Below are positions 16,944 through 20,000 of a DNA stretch of 20,000 nucleotides, one piece after another; position 1 is the stretch's first letter, and each line of letters opens with the position of its first letter. The position numbers were made by a program, and so were the translations under genes. The notes under the pieces are model-generated. The model did no database searches. It was not told the origin of the DNA and saw nothing but the letters and a program-made list of their open reading frames with translations. This DNA is from an uncultured virus (IMG/VR IMGVR_UViG_3300032116_000114) (taxonomy: Duplodnaviria; Heunggongvirae; Uroviricota; Caudoviricetes): positions 58,484-78,483 of the IMG/VR virus record IMGVR_UViG_3300032116_000114; one strand, given 5' to 3'.

Positions 16944-17378
16944 ATGCTAGAACGAATCACCACCCTTACCGACGAACTATTACGATTGCTCAAAGACGAC
17001 CCTGTGCGTCCAGAAATTCCTGCTGACTTTCGAGTGAACACGAACTCAAGAGTCTATGTGCTCAAAAGCGAAACGGGCGAACCCATGGCAGTGACCTGTG
17101 TGAAGTTTCTAGCAGAAATTCCACAGAGTGTAGACGATTTGGCCAATGTGGCTGTGAATACTTCTACTGCGGTTTTCTATACCATTTGGAGTTATGCAGC
17201 AGGTGCGGGTCGCAGTCTTATAGAAGCGGCTCAACAAGATATCAAAACTCACGAACCCCAAGTTAAAACCTTTGTAACACTGAGCCCGAAAACAGAAATG
17301 GCCCGCAAGTTTCATCACAAAAACGGGGCCACTACCTATAGAGAAAATCAAGACTCAATTAACTATCAGTATCACTGA
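16944..17378 (+). CDS. Minimal malonyl-CoA decarboxylase-like / GNAT-fold protein
   Basis: EPMAV...EIP.SV.DL, TAVFYTI, KTFVTLSP, KFHHKNGA, INYQY match MCD catalytic-domain motifs in order. Confidence 0.6.
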   Translation: MLERITTLTDELLRLLKDDPVRPEIPADFRVNTNSRVYVLKSETGEPMAVTCVKFLAEIPQSVDDLANVAVNTSTAVFYTIWSYAAGAGRSLIEAAQQDIKTHEPQVKTFVTLSPKTEMARKFHHKNGATTYRENQDSINYQYH

Positions 17379-17575
17379 CCCGAGTTGGCACCCACTGTGT
17401 ACTGTGAAACTTCTGCTAGCCAAGATTCACGAGTTCTACGTGACTGCGACTGTGCTAGTTCTTGTGCGGCACGATTGGCCAATTCTAGATCGGTAATAAT
17501 ACGCCCAGTAAGATCTTGTCTTTGAATACGAACACCTGTACGTGAATTACGGGCCATGATTTTGTATGCTTGCAT
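17372..17575 (-). CDS. Hypothetical protein
   Basis: 67 aa; AGGAG SD and ATAAATA (17594-17600, minus strand) upstream. Confidence 0.65.
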   Translation of the reverse strand: MQAYKIMARNSRTGVRIQRQDLTGRIITDLELANRAAQELAQSQSRRTRESWLAEVSQYTVGANSGQ

Positions 17576-17617
17576 ATCTGCTCCTAGATTGAATATTTAT
17601 GCTGGGCTCGATATTAA

Positions 17618-17649
17618 CGCTGCGAAGCAGCGCGAAGCGCAAAAAATTT
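17618..17649. other. Tandem GCGAAGC-core hairpins followed by an A-tract
   Basis: CGCTGC-GAA-GCAGCG (17618-17632) and GCGC-GAA-GCGC (17630-17640), then AAAAAATTT. Confidence 0.7.
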
Positions 17650-17680
17650 TAAGCAGATTTTCAGTGAGTTATCAGAGTAG

Positions 17681-17863
17681 TTAATGATCTAGCACCACTT
17701 GAAATGTTTCAAAGCGTAGATAGAACTCTGTTAATACTGCGCCCTCGGGTATCCAAAAACGGGTGCGATTAAGATGTATTTCATGCTTGAGATCATGTTG
17801 CTCTATAAAGCGTAGTGCTAGTTCTAGATTGGGATCACTAGAGAATACGGCAAATTGTTTCAT
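17681..17863 (-). CDS. Hypothetical protein
   Basis: 60 aa with EIHLNRTRFWIP; TATATA lies 4 nt upstream of the ATG. Confidence 0.6.
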   Translation of the reverse strand: MKQFAVFSSDPNLELALRFIEQHDLKHEIHLNRTRFWIPEGAVLTEFYLRFETFQVVLDH

Positions 17864-17926
17864 AGCGTATATAGCCGATGTGTGTACAGTGAAAAAAATT
17901 CTGTGCGTATTTTTTAAACTGCTGAT

Positions 17927-18148
17927 TCAGTCCAGTGTGCGTATAACACGAGTATGGTCCGGATAGCGCAAGATCCATTGATGTGCATATAAAGGATGAT
18001 TGAACAGCATGTACCAATCTGTGGGAATGGCAGCATTGTATTGATCAGTGTGTGCCCACGATCTAGGCCAATAGCTGACCCAAGAACTCCAACTGTTGAG
18101 CAGTGAGGTCTGCGTGAGAATCAAGGGTTCTAGATATACCAGCAACAT
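17927..18148 (-). CDS. Hypothetical Trp-rich protein
   Basis: 73 aa; TAAATA (18154-18159, minus strand) lies 5 nt upstream of the ATG. Confidence 0.5.
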   Translation of the reverse strand: MLLVYLEPLILTQTSLLNSWSSWVSYWPRSWAHTDQYNAAIPTDWYMLFNHPLYAHQWILRYPDHTRVIRTLD

Positions 18149-18190
18149 GTAATTATTTACTGATATAATAGAGAAATGGCCGCAGTTTTT

Positions 18191-18460
18191 TTACACAGCG
18201 CCTCGCAGTATAGTCATGGTGATTTCTTGATCCGTAATGCGATATACGTTGTAGCACTCCCGCCTAACGGGCTTTTGACTGGGTTTAGATCGACGACCGC
18301 CCGCTGAGCTATTAAGTGGCTGTAGTTTGACTTGATTGCTGGTGTCGTAGACCTGTAGAACACGGGCCAGGATAAGTCTATTGTGTTCAGTGACTAGGCA
18401 GTGATCTCCGGGAGCCAAGACAGCGCCTGCAATGTCTCGATGTTCAAGTGAGTGATTCAT
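18191..18460 (-). CDS. Hypothetical protein (KOW/SH3-like beta-barrel pattern)
   Basis: RDIAGAVLAPGDHCLV...ARVLQV pattern typical of small phage beta-barrel proteins. Confidence 0.6.
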   Translation of the reverse strand: MNHSLEHRDIAGAVLAPGDHCLVTEHNRLILARVLQVYDTSNQVKLQPLNSSAGGRRSKPSQKPVRRECYNVYRITDQEITMTILRGAV

Positions 18461-18487
18461 AATATAACGTGTGTAAAAATGGTTATT

Positions 18488-18620
18488 GAGGGGTAAAAAA
18501 TTGGCCGCGCAAAAAATTTGGGTGGAGTACTTATCGTTTCATGGTGGTGATTTGCTACCCCTACTGTTGTATATACGCAACACTGTGCGTGTATACCCCA
18601 ACCCCCCACCATGACCCCTC
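18488..18620. other. Structured non-coding intergenic element
   Basis: Nested complementary segments 18488-18494/18614-18620, 18539-18547/18606-18614 and 18569-18579/18586-18596; C-rich tract. Confidence 0.5.
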
Positions 18621-18624
18621 GACC

Positions 18625-18879
18625 TCAACACCTCCTGGTCATGCCTGGCCGCATCTGGTCTCTAGGTAGGTGAGCACCGCACCTACGATAGGCCGCATCG
18701 TCCCAATTGGGAATCTGTTCGAAGAGATGCCTACCCTGTGGTGGATCGTGTGGCGCAGTGCCCTGTGCTCTGTACAGGGTGTTAAATTGCTGTGTAGTGC
18801 AGCCTGCGTTAGCGGCTGCGAGCACGACTAATAGCACTAACAGCCAGCGATTCATACGCTTCAAGTCCGTTGTATTCAT
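18625..18879 (-). CDS. Putative small lipoprotein
   Basis: Basic N-terminus, hydrophobic stretch WLLVLLVVLAA, imperfect lipobox NAG|C. Start position uncertain. Confidence 0.5.
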   Translation of the reverse strand: MNTTDLKRMNRWLLVLLVVLAAANAGCTTQQFNTLYRAQGTAPHDPPQGRHLFEQIPNWDDAAYRRCGAHLPRDQMRPGMTRRC

Positions 18880-19045
18880 GTTCCTGTGTCTCCTGTACAG
18901 CTATGTCTAACAGGCTAAGGCAGTCCTGTTGATCACGTAGAGGTAGAGTGCGAATGAACTTCTGTACCTGCTCCATCTCTTCCATGGTCCACATCACATC
19001 CATAAGAGCCTTTTGCTTATGGGTAAGTCCTGATATGGTAATCAT
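18809..19045 (-). CDS. Hypothetical protein
   Basis: 78 aa; ATGA-coupled to the upstream small ORF, with an AAGGA SD. Confidence 0.65.
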   Translation of the reverse strand: MITISGLTHKQKALMDVMWTMEEMEQVQKFIRTLPLRDQQDCLSLLDIAVQETQEHEYNGLEAYESLAVSAISRARSR

Positions 19046-19182
19046 CGCATGGTCCTTAAAGCCAGCATGACTGTGATAGCCATTACGGCATAGGTGAATA
19101 CGCCCACGCCCATGACCACGCCCACTGTCATAAACAGGTCCTGATTGTTCACGATGAACTGTGCGGGATCAAATGCGATCAT
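19042..19182 (-). CDS. 46-aa single-pass membrane protein
   Basis: Not in the track. MIAFDPAQFIVNNQDLFMTVGVVMGVGVFTYAVMAITVMLALRTMR; ATGA overlaps at both ends. Confidence 0.7.
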   Translation of the reverse strand: MIAFDPAQFIVNNQDLFMTVGVVMGVGVFTYAVMAITVMLALRTMR

Positions 19183-19373
19183 TGTTCGCTCGCTGCCTGG
19201 TTAGCGTATGATGCGCCCAGAGCCATGAACGCAATGCCTACCAAGGCAAACAGCCCCAAGTAAGCGCCATCACCTGTTAAGAGATCTGGGGAGTGTTCAA
19301 TGCCGCCCACTGTGCCCAACAGCAAGACCATGCCTGCGTACAAGAAAGATAAAGCCTTTTGTCTAGTAGTCAT
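19179..19373 (-). CDS. Small two-TM membrane protein
   Basis: 64 aa with two hydrophobic segments; AAAGGA SD; directly behind a consensus promoter. Confidence 0.75.
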   Translation of the reverse strand: MTTRQKALSFLYAGMVLLLGTVGGIEHSPDLLTGDGAYLGLFALVGIAFMALGASYANQAASEQ

Positions 19374-19379
19374 TTGCGT

Positions 19380-19428
19380 TCCTTTGTGTGTATGTAGTAA
19401 TTATAGCGGACTTAGTCCAAACTGTCAA
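19380..19428 (-). promoter_or_regulatory. Consensus sigma70 early promoter plus leader cassette, copy 1
   Basis: TTGACA (19423-19428), 17-nt spacer, TATAAT (19400-19405), then TACTACATACACACAAAGGA. Confidence 0.88.
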
Positions 19429-19431
19429 CTG

Positions 19432-19749
19432 TTATCGGGCTATACGCACAATAACACCCTGTGGCGTACTAGCCACAGTGTAGCCGTTGCTTTCAAACAG
19501 GCTAACTACCTCTTTAGCCATACGACTCTTAGCACGGGCGCCTTCTGCTTTAACAGCTATGAACTTGGCACGGTAGTTAATGTATAACTTGCTATAGCTA
19601 AATGCAGTGTCCAAGAGATCTCTTACACTAAGCGCACGACGGATCTGTTCCTGTGAATAGTGGCTCTTGTTGTTTGAGTTGCGACGTTGTGCATCTATTG
19701 CGGCTGCGTATGCAAACCCGCCTGCTGCCTTAGTTTCCAGTTCCTTCAT
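19432..19749 (-). CDS. Hypothetical early protein
   Basis: ATG 19749 (MKELETKAAGG...) follows an AAGGAG SD; the track start at 19809 lies upstream of the promoter. Confidence 0.75.
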   Translation of the reverse strand: MKELETKAAGGFAYAAAIDAQRRNSNNKSHYSQEQIRRALSVRDLLDTAFSYSKLYINYRAKFIAVKAEGARAKSRMAKEVVSLFESNGYTVASTPQGVIVRIAR

Positions 19750-19756
19750 TGCTCGC

Positions 19757-19805
19757 TCCTTTGTGTGTATGTAGTAATTATACTGTGTTTGGCGGGCTGT
19801 GTCAA
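19757..19805 (-). promoter_or_regulatory. Consensus sigma70 early promoter plus leader cassette, copy 2
   Basis: TTGACA (19800-19805), 17-nt spacer, TATAAT (19777-19782), same leader as copy 1. Confidence 0.88.
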
Positions 19806-19809
19806 CCAA

Positions 19810-20000
19810 TTACCACGCCAACTCTTTGCTGGGGAAACGGATTTGGCCCTCGTACTCCAACTGATCCTTCTCAAACTCTGTGAGGTAGTCGTCGGCTACA
19901 ATCTCCCAACCAATGATGTGCTCACGGTAGTAGTCGTTGTCGCACTCAACTTGACTGCGGAGGGCCATCATGACCTCTGTCACAGAGTTGACGTCCTTGA
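19810..20000 (-). CDS. Hypothetical acidic phage protein, C-terminal part (start beyond the right window edge)
   Basis: Open frame ...KDVNSVTEVMMALRSQVECDNDYYREHIIGWEIVADDYLTEFEKDQLEYEGQIRFPSKELAW*, stop at 19810-19812. Confidence 0.7.
   Translation of the reverse strand, partial: KDVNSVTEVMMALRSQVECDNDYYREHIIGWEIVADDYLTEFEKDQLEYEGQIRFPSKELAW

Larger units (their letters stand above)
19380..19782. repeat. 26-bp perfect direct repeat (19380-19405 and 19757-19782)
   Basis: TCCTTTGTGTGTATGTAGTAATTATA occurs twice, flanking one gene. Confidence 0.9.

Noticed and set aside
17618..17650. Rho-independent terminator
   Set aside because: No U-tract follows the hairpins on either strand; on the minus strand the T-run precedes them.
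17576..18624. tRNA genes in the intergenic gaps
   Set aside because: No T-loop (GTTCRA) or cloverleaf was recognisable by eye.
16841..19587. ORFs 16841-17041, 17109-17351, 17763-17966, 18707-18910 and 19300-19587
   Set aside because: They are opposite to better-supported genes or run across promoter elements, and have no translation signals.
19380..19782. CRISPR array
   Set aside because: Only two copies, separated by about 350 nt containing a gene, and the repeat is explained as promoter plus RBS.
1..20000. Stop-codon reassignment
   Set aside because: Coding density is high in the standard code, conserved genes are intact, and TAA, TGA and TAG all end genes at plausible positions.

Overview
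This is a gene-dense 20-kb segment of a large lytic dsDNA tailed phage, distantly T4-like (myovirus/jumbo-phage type), read in the standard genetic code. All family calls come from motifs recognised by eye; no database search was run. 1-3.5 kb: glycan-modification cluster (GT-A glycosyltransferase, GT25, GDP-mannose 4,6-dehydratase, KpsC/KpsS-like protein) behind T4-type TAAATA late-promoter motifs. 3.5-15.3 kb: replication/recombination block with a UvsW-like SF2 helicase, gp62-like protein, Zn-finger protein, a 192-aa miniature DnaE/Pol III-type catalytic core, primase and DnaB/gp41 helicase. Interspersed are SAM methyltransferases, a cupin, an N-terminal-only carbamoyltransferase and a probable virion protein. 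15.3-17.4 kb: Pol-beta-type nucleotidyltransferase, a BI-1/YccA membrane protein and a 144-aa protein carrying the catalytic motifs of malonyl-CoA decarboxylase. 17.4-20 kb: GC-richer region of small minus-strand genes with duplicated consensus sigma70 promoter cassettes and structured intergenic DNA. The most notable items are the mini-DnaE operon, the mini-MCD/GNAT enzyme, apparent leaderless transcription of replication genes, the half carbamoyltransferase between primase and helicase, a possible inactive Hint-fold protein, and the hairpin/A-tract region at 17.6-18.6 kb.
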